63,296 nt of DNA from Synechococcales cyanobacterium VAR_4_metabat_354 (GTDB lineage Bacteria > Cyanobacteriota > Cyanobacteriia > Cyanobacteriales > Chamaesiphonaceae): NCBI GenBank assembly GCA_031414775.1, contig JANOQI010000023.1:1-63296 (forward strand), given 5' to 3'. Below the pieces are notes generated by a model. It saw nothing but the letters and a program-made list of their open reading frames with translations, was not told the origin of the DNA and did not search any database. A program made the translations under genes and the position numbers. Of the stretch, positions 53,933 through 63,296 are shown one piece after another. The stretch's first letter is position 1. Every line of letters begins with the position of its first letter.

Positions 53933-55423
53933 ATGCTTTCTTTCCAGACGATTCTTGGCTTACGCTGCTATTTAGATGCTCAGAATACCCAAACGGTGGG
54001 ATTAGTGGCCACGATGGGCGCTTTGCATCAGGGGCACCGGAGTTTGATCGATCGAGCGCGACGGGAAAATGATCGGGTGGTGGTCAGTATTTTCGTGAAT
54101 TCGCTGCAATTTGCTCCCACCGAAGATTTAGATAAATATCCCCGGCAGCTAGAACAAGACCGCCAGCTGTGCGTCCAGGCGGGTGTAGATGCTTTGTTTA
54201 TTCCTACCCCAGCATCGATCGGCATTCTCGGTGAAATTAACCAAATAGTGCCGCCAGCCAGCCTTACTAGAAATCTTTGCGGAAATTCTCGCCCGGGGCA
54301 CTTTACCGGTGTGGCGACTATTGTCACCAAGCTGTTCCAAATTGTGCAACCCAACCGCTCTTATTTTGGCCAAAAAGATGCGCAACAACTGGCTGTGATC
54401 CAGCGGCTAGTAGCCGATCTAAATATGTCGGTGCAAATTGTCAGCTGTGCGATCGTGCGCGAGGATTCTGGGTTGGCGATGAGTTCGCGGAATCAATATT
54501 TGAGTGCCACAGAAAAAAAACAGGCGGCTGGAATTTATCGCAGTTTACAGGCGGCACATGATCTATTTCGTCAGGGCGAGTCTCAAAAAGCCCGATTGAT
54601 CGCCGCTGTGCGAGAGCGGCTAGCACCGTCAATGCAGCTAGAGTATTTAGAATTAGTCGATCCGCAGACCATGCAGAATATTGAAAAGGTCACACAGGAT
54701 GGTTTACTCGCAATTGCTGTCCGCGTGGGTAAAACCAGATTGATTGATAATATCGAGCTGTCCCGGAAACTGCCAATTATTGCGATCGATGGTCCAGCCG
54801 GTGCGGGGAAATCGACAGTCACCAAGTTAGTCGCGCAGAAATTAGGCTTACAGTTTCTAGATACCGGCGCAATGTATCGAGCCGTAACCTGGCTGGTGTT
54901 AGAATCTCAATTAGCGCTGGATAGCGAGGCTGAAATTGCTGATATCATTGCCCAGTCCAGGATTGAGTTGCAGGGCACCCAGGTATTAATTAATGGCCAA
55001 GATGTCAGTGCTGCAATTAGGACTTTAGCTGTAACTAGTAAGGTTTCCGTGATCGCTGCTTTGGGAGCAGTTCGCACCGCTTTAGTACAACAGCAACAAT
55101 CGATCGGGCGAACCGGTGGTCTGGTCGCCGAGGGTCGGGATATGTGTACTTACGTTTTCCCTGATGCTCAGGTCAAAATATTTTTAACAGCTACTGTCGC
55201 AGAACGCGCTCGACGACGGATGGAAGATCTGAAGAACCAGGGTCAGGCCGACGTGGATCTTCAAGAACTAGAAAAAATGATTGCCGATCGCGATTATCTG
55301 GACAGTACTAGATCGATCGCACCCCTCAAAAAAGCCGCCGGTGCGGTGGAAATTGTGACTGATGAGATGTCGATCGATCAGGTGGTTGCCCAGATTGTAG
55401 ATTTGTACCGCACCAAAATATAA
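53933..55423 (+). CDS. panC/cmk: Bifunctional pantoate--beta-alanine ligase / cytidylate kinase
   Basis: TMGALHQGH, RPGHF.GV, FGQKD, MSSRN, RLIDN, then IAIDGPAGAGKST, DTGAMYRA, EGRD. Confidence 0.95.
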   Translation: MLSFQTILGLRCYLDAQNTQTVGLVATMGALHQGHRSLIDRARRENDRVVVSIFVNSLQFAPTEDLDKYPRQLEQDRQLCVQAGVDALFIPTPASIGILGEINQIVPPASLTRNLCGNSRPGHFTGVATIVTKLFQIVQPNRSYFGQKDAQQLAVIQRLVADLNMSVQIVSCAIVREDSGLAMSSRNQYLSATEKKQAAGIYRSLQAAHDLFRQGESQKARLIAAVRERLAPSMQLEYLELVDPQTMQNIEKVTQDGLLAIAVRVGKTRLIDNIELSRKLPIIAIDGPAGAGKSTVTKLVAQKLGLQFLDTGAMYRAVTWLVLESQLALDSEAEIADIIAQSRIELQGTQVLINGQDVSAAIRTLAVTSKVSVIAALGAVRTALVQQQQSIGRTGGLVAEGRDMCTYVFPDAQVKIFLTATVAERARRRMEDLKNQGQADVDLQELEKMIADRDYLDSTRSIAPLKKAAGAVEIVTDEMSIDQVVAQIVDLYRTKI

Positions 55424-55522
55424 ATCAGACTTCTGGAGTAATTCGCGGCGAACGACTAAATATCCAGAAGATCAGAGGGATCACAAAACCGATTGAAATA
55501 AGAATTCTCCCGTACACCATTA

Positions 55523-55987
55523 CTACACTGACTCAACCAAATCTATAAATTTTTGCCAGATTGGATTCGGAGTCCAGATCTTTTTTAAATCTGCCAAAGC
55601 CGCTGCCGTATTTTTCTTTTCATAAATCCGGCAATAGAGATAGATAAATGCTGAAACTCGCTTATTGGCAGCGCAATGAACATATACCGCCTGTTTTTGA
55701 TACTTTTGTAGTGCTTGCACAAACAAATTAAAATCTTGCACTGTCGGTTGTTCCCACGATACTGGAATATGAATATAGGTTAGACCCAAGTTCTCTAAGA
55801 TCGATCGCTCGGCTGAGACAGCGTTACTAGAATCTGATGGTGCCAGATTGATTACAACTTGATAACCCGCAGCTTTGATTTTGGGGAATTGTTTGATCGT
55901 TGGTTGGCCAGAAGTTGCCAGTCGATTCACCACATTTACACTATCAGAAAGATCAAGAAAATTGTAAATATCTGTTAGATTATCCAT
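55523..55987 (-). CDS. Tyrosine-phosphatase-fold protein (DUF442-like)
   Basis: TSGQP, VINL, YIHIPV, VHCAANKR (CX5R-like). Confidence 0.8.
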   Translation of the reverse strand: MDNLTDIYNFLDLSDSVNVVNRLATSGQPTIKQFPKIKAAGYQVVINLAPSDSSNAVSAERSILENLGLTYIHIPVSWEQPTVQDFNLFVQALQKYQKQAVYVHCAANKRVSAFIYLYCRIYEKKNTAAALADLKKIWTPNPIWQKFIDLVESV

Positions 55988-56039
55988 CTTATATCCTCGC
56001 AATTTTTAGTTCAGTAAAAAAATCTATACTAAAAAATTA

Positions 56040-56095
56040 GATTTTCAAAATAAATAAAGCCCCGCCGAAGCGAGGCTTTATTTATTTTGAAAATC
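56040..56095 (-). terminator. psaAB terminator with 22-bp perfect arms and a cUUCGg loop
   Basis: gattttcaaaataaataaagcc / ggctttatttattttgaaaatc; the minus-strand loop reads cgc-ttcg-gcg. Confidence 0.88.
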
Positions 56096-56110
56096 GTTAG
56101 ATAACTAAAG

Positions 56111-58312
56111 CTATCCGAACTTACCAGACGTAGAAGCGATCAAGAAGGCCGCATAGGTGAGGATGTAACCCACAGTGAAGTGAGCCAAACCAACAACCCG
56201 TGCTTGTACGATCGAAAGTGCAACTGGCTTGTCCTTCCAACGAACCAAGTTCGCTAGCGGAGTCCGCTCGTGTGCCCAAACGACAGTCTCGATCAACTCT
56301 TGCCAGTAACCCCGCCAAGAGATCAGGAACATGAAACCAGTTGCCCAAACCAAGTGTCCAAACAAGAACATCCAAGCCCAGACCGACAGGTTGTTCATAC
56401 CGTAGGGGTTATAGCCATTAATGAGCTGTGAAGAGTTCAGCCACAAGTAATCGCGTAACCAACCCATTAGATAAGTAGAAGATTCGTTGAACTGTGCAAC
56501 GTTACCTTGCCAAATACCCAGGTGTTTCCAATGCCAGTAGAACGTTACCCAACCGAGGGTATTTAACATCCAGAACATCGCTAGGTAGAAAGAATCCCAA
56601 CCAGAGATATCACAAGTACCACCCCGACCAGGGCCATCACAAGGGAAGGCGTAGCCGAAGTCTTTCTTGTCAGGCATGAGCTTGGAGCCACGCGCATCCA
56701 ACGCACCTTTGACCAAAATCAAAGTAGTGGTGTGCAGACCTAATGCGATCGCATGGTGCACTAAGAAGTCGCCAGGACCAATGGTCAAGAACAACGAGTT
56801 AGTACCAGAGTTGATTGCATCCAACCAACCGGGCAGATAAACTGCACTGCTAGTAGAAGCCAAGCTATCAGCATTAGATAGCAAAGTATCAAAGCCGTAC
56901 AGAACTTTACCTTGAGCACCTTGAACGAACTGAGCAAATACCGGTTCAATCAAGATTTGCTTTTCGGGAGTGCCAAAAGCTACTACTACGTCGTTATGAA
57001 CATAGAGACCAAGAGTATGGAAGCCGAGGAACAGAGAAACCCAGCTCAGGTGAGAGATGATTGCTTCTTTATGCTCAAGCATCCGTGCTAATACGTTGTT
57101 GCGATTCTGCTCAGGATCGTAATCCCGAACGAAGAAGATCGCGCCGTGAGCAAAAGCCCCAACCATCAAGAATCCAGCGATGTACTGGTGATGGGTGTAA
57201 AGAGCCGCTTGGGTAGTGAAGTCTTGCGCTAAGAAAGCGTAAGGAGGCATGGAATACATGTGTTGAGCTACCAAAGAGGTAACTACACCCAGAGAAGCCA
57301 AAGCCAAACCCAATTGGAAGTGCAGGGAGTTGTTAACGGTGTCGTACAGACCTTTATGGCCTTCACCCAACCCACCAGCCGGTGGTTTGTGAGCGTTAAG
57401 GATTTCCTTAATGCTGTGACCAATACCAAAGTTGGTACGGTACATGTGCCCAGCGACGATGAAGATTACCGCGATCGCTAGGTGATGGTGAGCCATATCA
57501 GTCAGCCACAAAGACTGAGTCTGCGGATGGAAACCACCTAAGAAAGTGAGGATTGCAGTACCAGCACCCTGGGAGGTGCCAAACATCTGCTGCGCAGTGT
57601 CCGGGTTTTCGGCGTAAACGCCCCAGTTACCACTGAAGAAAGGAGCCAAACCAGCAGGGTGGGGCAGCGTGGACAAGAAGTTATCCCAACCGACGTGTTG
57701 ACCACGGGATTCAGGAATAGCAACGTGTACCAAGTGACCAGTCCAAGCCAAGGAGCTAACACCGAACAAACCAGCCAAATGGTGGTTCAGGCGAGATTCA
57801 GCATTTTTGAACCAAGACAAGCTGGGGCGGAATTTTGGTTGCAGGTGTAACCAACCAGCAAACAAGAAGATGGAAGCTAACACGATCAAGAAGACCGCAC
57901 CTGTATACAGGTCAGAGTTAGTCCGCATCCCGATGGTGTACCACCACTGGTAAACGCCCGAATAGGCAATATTTACTGGGTTAGAAGCACCACCTTGGGT
58001 GAAAGCATCGACAGCGGGTTGACCAAAGTGAGGATCCCAAATTGCGTGAGCGATCGGGCGCACATTCAAAGGATCTTTAATCCACTGTTCAAAGTTGCCT
58101 TGCCAAGCCACGTGAAACAGGTTACCAGAAGCCCAGAGGAAGATGATGCCAAGGTGACCAAAGTGTGTAGCAAAAATCTTTTGGTAAAGATTTTCTTCGG
58201 TCATGCCATCATGGCTTTCAAAGTCATGAGCTGTGGCGATCCCGTACCAAATCCGCCGGGTGGTCGGATCTTGTGCTAGGTCCTGGCTAAATTTTGGAAA
58301 TTTAGTTGCCAT
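56111..58312 (-). CDS. psaB: Photosystem I P700 apoprotein A2
   Basis: [24 protein letters not shown] motif [12 protein letters not shown]. Confidence 0.99.
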   Translation of the reverse strand: MATKFPKFSQDLAQDPTTRRIWYGIATAHDFESHDGMTEENLYQKIFATHFGHLGIIFLWASGNLFHVAWQGNFEQWIKDPLNVRPIAHAIWDPHFGQPAVDAFTQGGASNPVNIAYSGVYQWWYTIGMRTNSDLYTGAVFLIVLASIFLFAGWLHLQPKFRPSLSWFKNAESRLNHHLAGLFGVSSLAWTGHLVHVAIPESRGQHVGWDNFLSTLPHPAGLAPFFSGNWGVYAENPDTAQQMFGTSQGAGTAILTFLGGFHPQTQSLWLTDMAHHHLAIAVIFIVAGHMYRTNFGIGHSIKEILNAHKPPAGGLGEGHKGLYDTVNNSLHFQLGLALASLGVVTSLVAQHMYSMPPYAFLAQDFTTQAALYTHHQYIAGFLMVGAFAHGAIFFVRDYDPEQNRNNVLARMLEHKEAIISHLSWVSLFLGFHTLGLYVHNDVVVAFGTPEKQILIEPVFAQFVQGAQGKVLYGFDTLLSNADSLASTSSAVYLPGWLDAINSGTNSLFLTIGPGDFLVHHAIALGLHTTTLILVKGALDARGSKLMPDKKDFGYAFPCDGPGRGGTCDISGWDSFYLAMFWMLNTLGWVTFYWHWKHLGIWQGNVAQFNESSTYLMGWLRDYLWLNSSQLINGYNPYGMNNLSVWAWMFLFGHLVWATGFMFLISWRGYWQELIETVVWAHERTPLANLVRWKDKPVALSIVQARVVGLAHFTVGYILTYAAFLIASTSGKFG

Positions 58313-58428
58313 AGTTTTTTTATCAGTTTTCCTCGTTAACAAATAGCTAACGCTACCTGTGATGAATCGATTAGGCATTGACCAGTGGCAATTATTGCTA
58401 AACACCACCAATCAATTGTCTTAAATAT

Positions 58429-60678
58429 CTAGAGCGACATCGATCTAGCTAAGAAGAATGCCCAAGTGGTAGCAATCCCACCAAGAAGGTAGTGAGCTAC
58501 ACCAACCGCCCGACCTTGAATAATACTCAAAGCCCGTGGTTGAATTGCGGGAGCAACACGTAGTTTGTTGTGTGCCCAAACAATTGATTCAATCAGCTCT
58601 TGCCAGTAACCGCGACCACTGAACAAGAACATCAGGCTGAATGCCCAGATGAAGTGAGCGCCCAAGAAGATCAAACCGTAGGCCGACAATGCCGAACCGT
58701 AGGAGTTGATCACCTGAGAAGCTTGTGCCCAGAGGAAATCACGCAGCCAACCATTGATGGTTGTGGCACCAGTGGCAAAGTTACCACCAGTTATATGAGT
58801 CACAGTGCCATCGGGGGCAACTGAACCCCATACATCCGATTGCATTTTCCAACTGAAGTGGAAGATGACAATAGAAAGAGAGTTGTACATCCAGAACAGA
58901 CCAAGGAAGACGTGATCCCAACCAGAAACCTGGCAAGTACCACCCCGACCGGGACCATCGCAAGGGAAGCGGAAGCCCAAGTTAGCTTTATCGGGAACTA
59001 ACCGAGAGCTACGAGCAAACAGCACACCCTTCAAAAGGATCAGGACTGTCACGTGAATGGTGAAGGCATGGATGTGGTGAACCATGAAGTCCGCAGTGCC
59101 AAGGGCAATGGGCATCATAGCGACCTTGCCGTTCACAGCGAGGGTTTCGCCACCAAATGCCAAGCTGGCAGTTTGGAGAGCGTTCGGCGCAGTGTTACCA
59201 GCGGCCGCAGTGTGCAAGCCTTGGATCCACTGGGCAAACACTGGCTGAAGTTGAATCGCCTTGTCCGAGAACATGTCTTGGGGACGACCCAAAGCCTGCA
59301 TAGTGTCATTGTGAATATATAGACCAAAGCTATGGAAGCCGAGGAACATAGAAACCCAATTCAGGTGGGAAATAATTGCGTCACGATGACGAAGCATCCG
59401 ATCAAGCAAATTGTTTTGATTCATTGCTGGATCGTAATCCCGCACCATAAAGATGGCCGCATGAGCTGCGCCACCAACGATACAGAAGCCGCCAATCCAC
59501 ATGTGGTGGGTAAACAGCGAAAGCTGGGTAGCGTAGTCTGTTGCCAAGTAAGGATACGGAGGCATCGCATACATGTGCTGTGCCACGATAATACTGATGG
59601 AACCAAGCATAGCTAGGTTGATCGCCAGTTGCGCGTGCCAAGAAGTAGTCAGAATTTCGTAAAGACCTTTGTGACCTTCGCCAGTGAAAGGGCCTTTGTG
59701 ACGTTCTAGAATTTCCTTCATGCTGTGTCCAATGCCCCAGTTAGTCCGGTACATGTGGCCAGCCACGATGAATAGCACCGCTAGTGCCAAGTGGTGGTGA
59801 GCAGTGTCTGACAACCATAGACCGCCAGTGGTAGGGTTTAAGCCACCTTTGAAGGTTAAGAAGTCGGCATATTCACCCCAATTCAAAGTGAAGAAGGGAG
59901 TTAAACCTTTAGCAAAGCTGGGATACAGCTCGGCCATCTTGGCAGGATCCAAGAATTCGTGGGGTAAAGGAATATCCTTAGGTGCCACGCCAGAGTCTAA
60001 CAATTTGTTAATTGGCAGAGAAACGTGGATTTGGTGACCTGCCCATGACAGACAGCCCAGACCCAAGAGACCAGCCAAGTGATGGTTCATCATCGACTCA
60101 GCATTCTGGAACCATTCTAGTTTGGGAGCGCGTTTGTGATAGTGGAACCAACCAGCAAACAGCATCAAACCAGCCATGACCAGACCGCCAATCGCGGTGG
60201 CATAGAGTTGAGTCGAGTTTGTATAACCAGAGGCTCTCCATAGTTGGAAAAGACCAGAGGTAATTTGAATACCGCGAAAACCACCGCCGACATCACCATT
60301 CAGAATGTCTTGTCCGACGACGGACCAGACAACCTGAGCACTGGGCTTGATGCCAGTAGGATTTGTCAACCAAGCTTCATAGTTAGAAAAACGGGCACCA
60401 TGAAAGTACATCCCGCTCAACCACACAAAAATGACAGCTAGGTGGCCAAAATGCGCACTAAATATTTTACGAGAGACGTCTTCTAGATCGCTAGTATGAC
60501 TGTCAAAATCGTGGGCGTTGGCATGAAGATTCCAAATCCAGGTGGTGGTTTTTGGACCCTTAGCTAAAGAACGATCGAAATGACCTGGCTTAGACCACTT
60601 CTCGAAAGAAGTAGATACTGGGTCTGTATCGACAACAACTCTAGCCTTTGCCTCCCGCTCTGGGGGACTAATTGTCAT
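58429..60678 (-). CDS. psaA: Photosystem I P700 apoprotein A1
   Basis: [33 protein letters not shown]. Confidence 0.99.
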   Translation of the reverse strand: MTISPPEREAKARVVVDTDPVSTSFEKWSKPGHFDRSLAKGPKTTTWIWNLHANAHDFDSHTSDLEDVSRKIFSAHFGHLAVIFVWLSGMYFHGARFSNYEAWLTNPTGIKPSAQVVWSVVGQDILNGDVGGGFRGIQITSGLFQLWRASGYTNSTQLYATAIGGLVMAGLMLFAGWFHYHKRAPKLEWFQNAESMMNHHLAGLLGLGCLSWAGHQIHVSLPINKLLDSGVAPKDIPLPHEFLDPAKMAELYPSFAKGLTPFFTLNWGEYADFLTFKGGLNPTTGGLWLSDTAHHHLALAVLFIVAGHMYRTNWGIGHSMKEILERHKGPFTGEGHKGLYEILTTSWHAQLAINLAMLGSISIIVAQHMYAMPPYPYLATDYATQLSLFTHHMWIGGFCIVGGAAHAAIFMVRDYDPAMNQNNLLDRMLRHRDAIISHLNWVSMFLGFHSFGLYIHNDTMQALGRPQDMFSDKAIQLQPVFAQWIQGLHTAAAGNTAPNALQTASLAFGGETLAVNGKVAMMPIALGTADFMVHHIHAFTIHVTVLILLKGVLFARSSRLVPDKANLGFRFPCDGPGRGGTCQVSGWDHVFLGLFWMYNSLSIVIFHFSWKMQSDVWGSVAPDGTVTHITGGNFATGATTINGWLRDFLWAQASQVINSYGSALSAYGLIFLGAHFIWAFSLMFLFSGRGYWQELIESIVWAHNKLRVAPAIQPRALSIIQGRAVGVAHYLLGGIATTWAFFLARSMSL

Positions 60679-60864
60679 TGGGAGTCTCCTCTCTAGACAG
60701 GGAACGAGATAGAACCCATTACTGGGCATGCCCGTTTAAACAGATCTCGCTGTGGAGAACGGAGCCAAAAACCTTTGTCATACTTCCCGGATGTATTAGG
60801 GAATAAAGACTACTGCACATCTTCGTCAGAACGAGCCGACTACAAAAGGTACCGCTATTGCTGA

Positions 60865-60870
60865 ATTATA
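60865..60870 (-). promoter_or_regulatory. Putative -10 box of the psaAB promoter
   Basis: Exact TATAAT on the minus strand about 190 bp upstream of psaA; no consensus -35 seen. Confidence 0.45.
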
Positions 60871-61159
60871 GGGTGGAAGCTTCGACACAATTATGATTCG
60901 TTAACAATAATTCAAAGTCGCCAGATGCTTGACTTGTCAGCATTGTAGATTGATATCTCAATTACCAAAGTCAAATAAACTACAAAACTCTTAACAAAAT
61001 CTAAATAAAGTTTTAATAGTTGCCAATTGTTTGAGAGAAATCCAATGCTAGCAAGAGGTATAGCTGATTTGAGATAGCCTTTGAAAAGAATTTAGGATGG
61101 TTTCGTGGCAACTTGTACCCAGCTGATTTTCGATTGGAGAATTTTCAGACAATTTAGCT

Positions 61160-61750
61160 CTAAGTTTTTTCGCCAATAGCCAAAACGGCGTTAATTCGAC
61201 GGCGAAATAGATGTCGAACTGGAATAATAGCCACAAGGTAAAGGAAAAGCGTCAGACCTACGGCCAAAATTGGTGACATAAATATGGTTAGCTTAACGTT
61301 GAGAGCCAGTTTGAAGGCAATCATGGCGATCGTTAGCCACAGTAAAGGGAAAATAAACAAGACAAATAAAATTGGCAGAAAGCATCCCACACTGAGGAGC
61401 TTTCCCCATACTTCTTTCCGGTAGAAGACCTGAGTAGTCGATCGATTGTAAATTGCGACGCATTCATCTCGTTCTGGATTGCTGCCAATAACTAAGGTGA
61501 GAGATTGTCCTGGTTCGACCACACCCTTGAAATTACTCACCCGCAAACATTCTTCGCGACCATCAGACAAAAATAGCGAAATCTGATGTTCGATTTTTTC
61601 CACCCAGCCTTTACCGCGTCTTTTTTTGCGGTTGATGGTGCGGTGATGCAAAATTTCACCGCTAATTAGGCTCAATCTAACTCTACTGCCATTGCTGGCC
61701 TGAAAGATTTTCAGGTGAGGCGGTACCGTATCATTTTCTGGATCGCTCAT
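61160..61750 (-). CDS. Hypothetical membrane protein
   Basis: 196 aa; soluble N-terminal region plus two C-terminal hydrophobic helices. Confidence 0.65.
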   Translation of the reverse strand: MSDPENDTVPPHLKIFQASNGSRVRLSLISGEILHHRTINRKKRRGKGWVEKIEHQISLFLSDGREECLRVSNFKGVVEPGQSLTLVIGSNPERDECVAIYNRSTTQVFYRKEVWGKLLSVGCFLPILFVLFIFPLLWLTIAMIAFKLALNVKLTIFMSPILAVGLTLFLYLVAIIPVRHLFRRRINAVLAIGEKT

Positions 61751-61879
61751 GGACTTAGCCGCAAATTGATTGGTGAAATAATTATATTCTACGAAAAACT
61801 CATCCTACACAGGTTATCGCAGATGATCGGCTGAATCGCTGGCATTTTATATGGTGTTACACAGCGTACTACTATCCCA

Positions 61880-61998
61880 TCATTTGTAGACCAGTTCAAA
61901 AGCGATGGCACTAACGCTGAATTCACCGCGAAAGGGATTATCCATAGCAGCCATCAAAAATATTAATAACCCAATGGTGGTGGCCATGAGAGTGATCA
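61880..61998 (-). pseudogene. 3' fragment of a DUF4239-like membrane protein gene interrupted by the IS
   Basis: Directly after the IS end it reads ITLMATTIGLLIFLMAAMDNPFRGEFSVSAIAFELVYK*; D.PF.G..SVS..F is typical of DUF4239 C-termini. Confidence 0.65.
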
Positions 61999-62150
61999 GT
62001 GAACTACTACCCGCCGCTTACGCTGAGCGGGTAGCTTCCAGCTTAGCGGGGAACAGCATCCGATAAGACCGAAATCTTACCACCACGACTTACATTCCCT
62101 CCACTGGCAGCAGCACTAGTTCCTAATGCCAAGAACCGCAAGGCTTCATC
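61979..62150 (-). ncRNA. Predicted TnpB omega/reRNA (scaffold from the tnpB 3' end and right end, plus flanking guide); 5' boundary approximate
   Basis: Inferred from the established TnpB architecture; the hairpin and TTCAC end are seen in the sequence. Confidence 0.55.
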
Positions 62151-63296
62151 TCTGATATTTTTTGCCGCATTCACGTCGCGATCGTTTCGAGATTTACACT
62201 TAGGGCAATCCCAATGACGAACATCCAAAGGCAGCTCAGATACTTTATGCAAGCAACTATTACAAGTCTTGGAGCTAGGGAAAAATCGGTCAACCTCAAC
62301 ATAGGTTTTCCCATCTTTTTCTGCTTTGTACTTGAGCATTGTGCCGAACAGCCCCCACCCAGCATCGCTAATTACTTTAGCTAGACAGTGATTGCGTACC
62401 ATACCTTTGATGTTTAGATCTTCTACTGCAATGACTTGATTCTCGTCTACTATCTTGCGGGATAACTTGTGTAGAAAATCTTCGCGAACACGTTTGATTT
62501 TAGAGTGGACTTTAGCCACTAATCTTCTAGCTTTATTTCTGGTATTGCTCCCCTTCTGTTTGCGACTAAGCTTTTGCTGTTTGCGTATGAGATTTTTGCT
62601 GTGTTTCTTGATGTGACGAGGGTTTTTATACTTACTGCCATCACTAGTTACACAAAAATCAATCAAGCCCACATCTACACCAATCGCTTTGCCCTCTGTA
62701 GTCGCATCTGTGCTAGAAATGCCATCATCAACCAAGATAGAAGCAAAATACTTTCCATCTGGGTTTTTGGATACGGTGACAGTCTTGATCGTGCCACCAA
62801 AAGTGCGATGAACTTTGCAATTCACTTCACCAATGATGGGTAGCTTGATAGACTTTTCACCAACCTTCACATTTTGAGGATAACTGACAGATTGCCGACC
62901 ATGCTTTGACTTGAAGCTAGGAAAACCAGCTTTTTTCTCAAAGAAATTTTGGTAAGCAACAGACAAATTTAGAGCCACAACCTGCAAAGACTGCGAGTAA
63001 GCACCTTTTTTCAGCCAAGGATATTCTATTTTTAGCTGAGGCAACAGACCTTGGATCGCACCTCTACTTAGCCCCTTACCTGTAGCCTTATATGTTTCCT
63101 GACAAAGATTTAGGCTGTAATTCCAGAACCATCTCGAACAGCCGAAAGCAGCAGCAAAATACTGCTGCTGCTCGGCTGTCGGATCTAGTCGGAATTTGTA
63201 AGCTTGATACATTATCATTAACTAAGGTTGTTGATAATATTGTCATCGATGTGCAAAGAAAATGCAAGGGATTTGTTCGTTTCCTCATGCACCGCT
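61999..63296 (-). mobile_element. IS200/IS605-family element (left end at or beyond the window edge; no tnpA visible)
   Basis: tnpB, subterminal hairpin ctacccgc..gcgggtag (62007-62034), and minus-strand right end ...GTAGTTCAC, after which host coding sequence resumes. Confidence 0.85.
62043..63218 (-). CDS. tnpB: RNA-guided endonuclease TnpB
   Basis: N-terminal AYKFRL.P..EQ..F...FGC.R..WN; RuvC-I IGVDVG, RuvC-II AVEDL, Zn finger CNSC/CPKC, RuvC-III DRDVNAAKNI. Confidence 0.95.
   Translation of the reverse strand: MIMYQAYKFRLDPTAEQQQYFAAAFGCSRWFWNYSLNLCQETYKATGKGLSRGAIQGLLPQLKIEYPWLKKGAYSQSLQVVALNLSVAYQNFFEKKAGFPSFKSKHGRQSVSYPQNVKVGEKSIKLPIIGEVNCKVHRTFGGTIKTVTVSKNPDGKYFASILVDDGISSTDATTEGKAIGVDVGLIDFCVTSDGSKYKNPRHIKKHSKNLIRKQQKLSRKQKGSNTRNKARRLVAKVHSKIKRVREDFLHKLSRKIVDENQVIAVEDLNIKGMVRNHCLAKVISDAGWGLFGTMLKYKAEKDGKTYVEVDRFFPSSKTCNSCLHKVSELPLDVRHWDCPKCKSRNDRDVNAAKNIRDEALRFLALGTSAAASGGNVSRGGKISVLSDAVPR

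Noticed and set aside
58313..58411. N-terminal extensions of PsaB (and likewise PsaA, AtpD, LysS, AspC) in the ORF track
   Set aside because: Artefacts of choosing the most upstream start; conserved N-termini begin at downstream ATGs.
56111..60678. psaAB as a far-red-light (FaRLiP) paralogue set
   Set aside because: The sequences look like canonical PsaA/PsaB, and no rfpABC, chlF or paralogous psb/apc genes are nearby.

Overview
Cyanobacterial chromosomal segment: psaAB, two psaK, atpD-atpC, ndhD, nblA, kaiABC and minCDE are present, and CGATCG (HIP1-core) palindromes are very frequent. Most of the window is housekeeping, photosynthesis and signalling genes. Accessory material sits mainly at the two ends. 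The left end holds a truncated type III restriction Res gene, a small opposite-strand remnant and an AT-rich putative PD-(D/E)xK nuclease ORF. The right end holds an IS200/IS605-family element with an apparently intact TnpB, inserted into a DUF4239-like gene; its right end and predicted guide can be read from the sequence. Other notable points are a class I lysyl-tRNA synthetase, tandem divergent psaK paralogues, minCDE tail-to-tail with kaiABC, a kinase fused to a PstS-like domain, two gene-breaking junctions at or beside HIP1-core sequences, and two small ORFs missing from the ORF track (rpmF and a 39-aa membrane peptide). I saw no tRNA, rRNA or CRISPR array and cannot demonstrate a complete novel system; the best candidates are under findings. 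All family calls come from motif recognition by eye, with no database searches.
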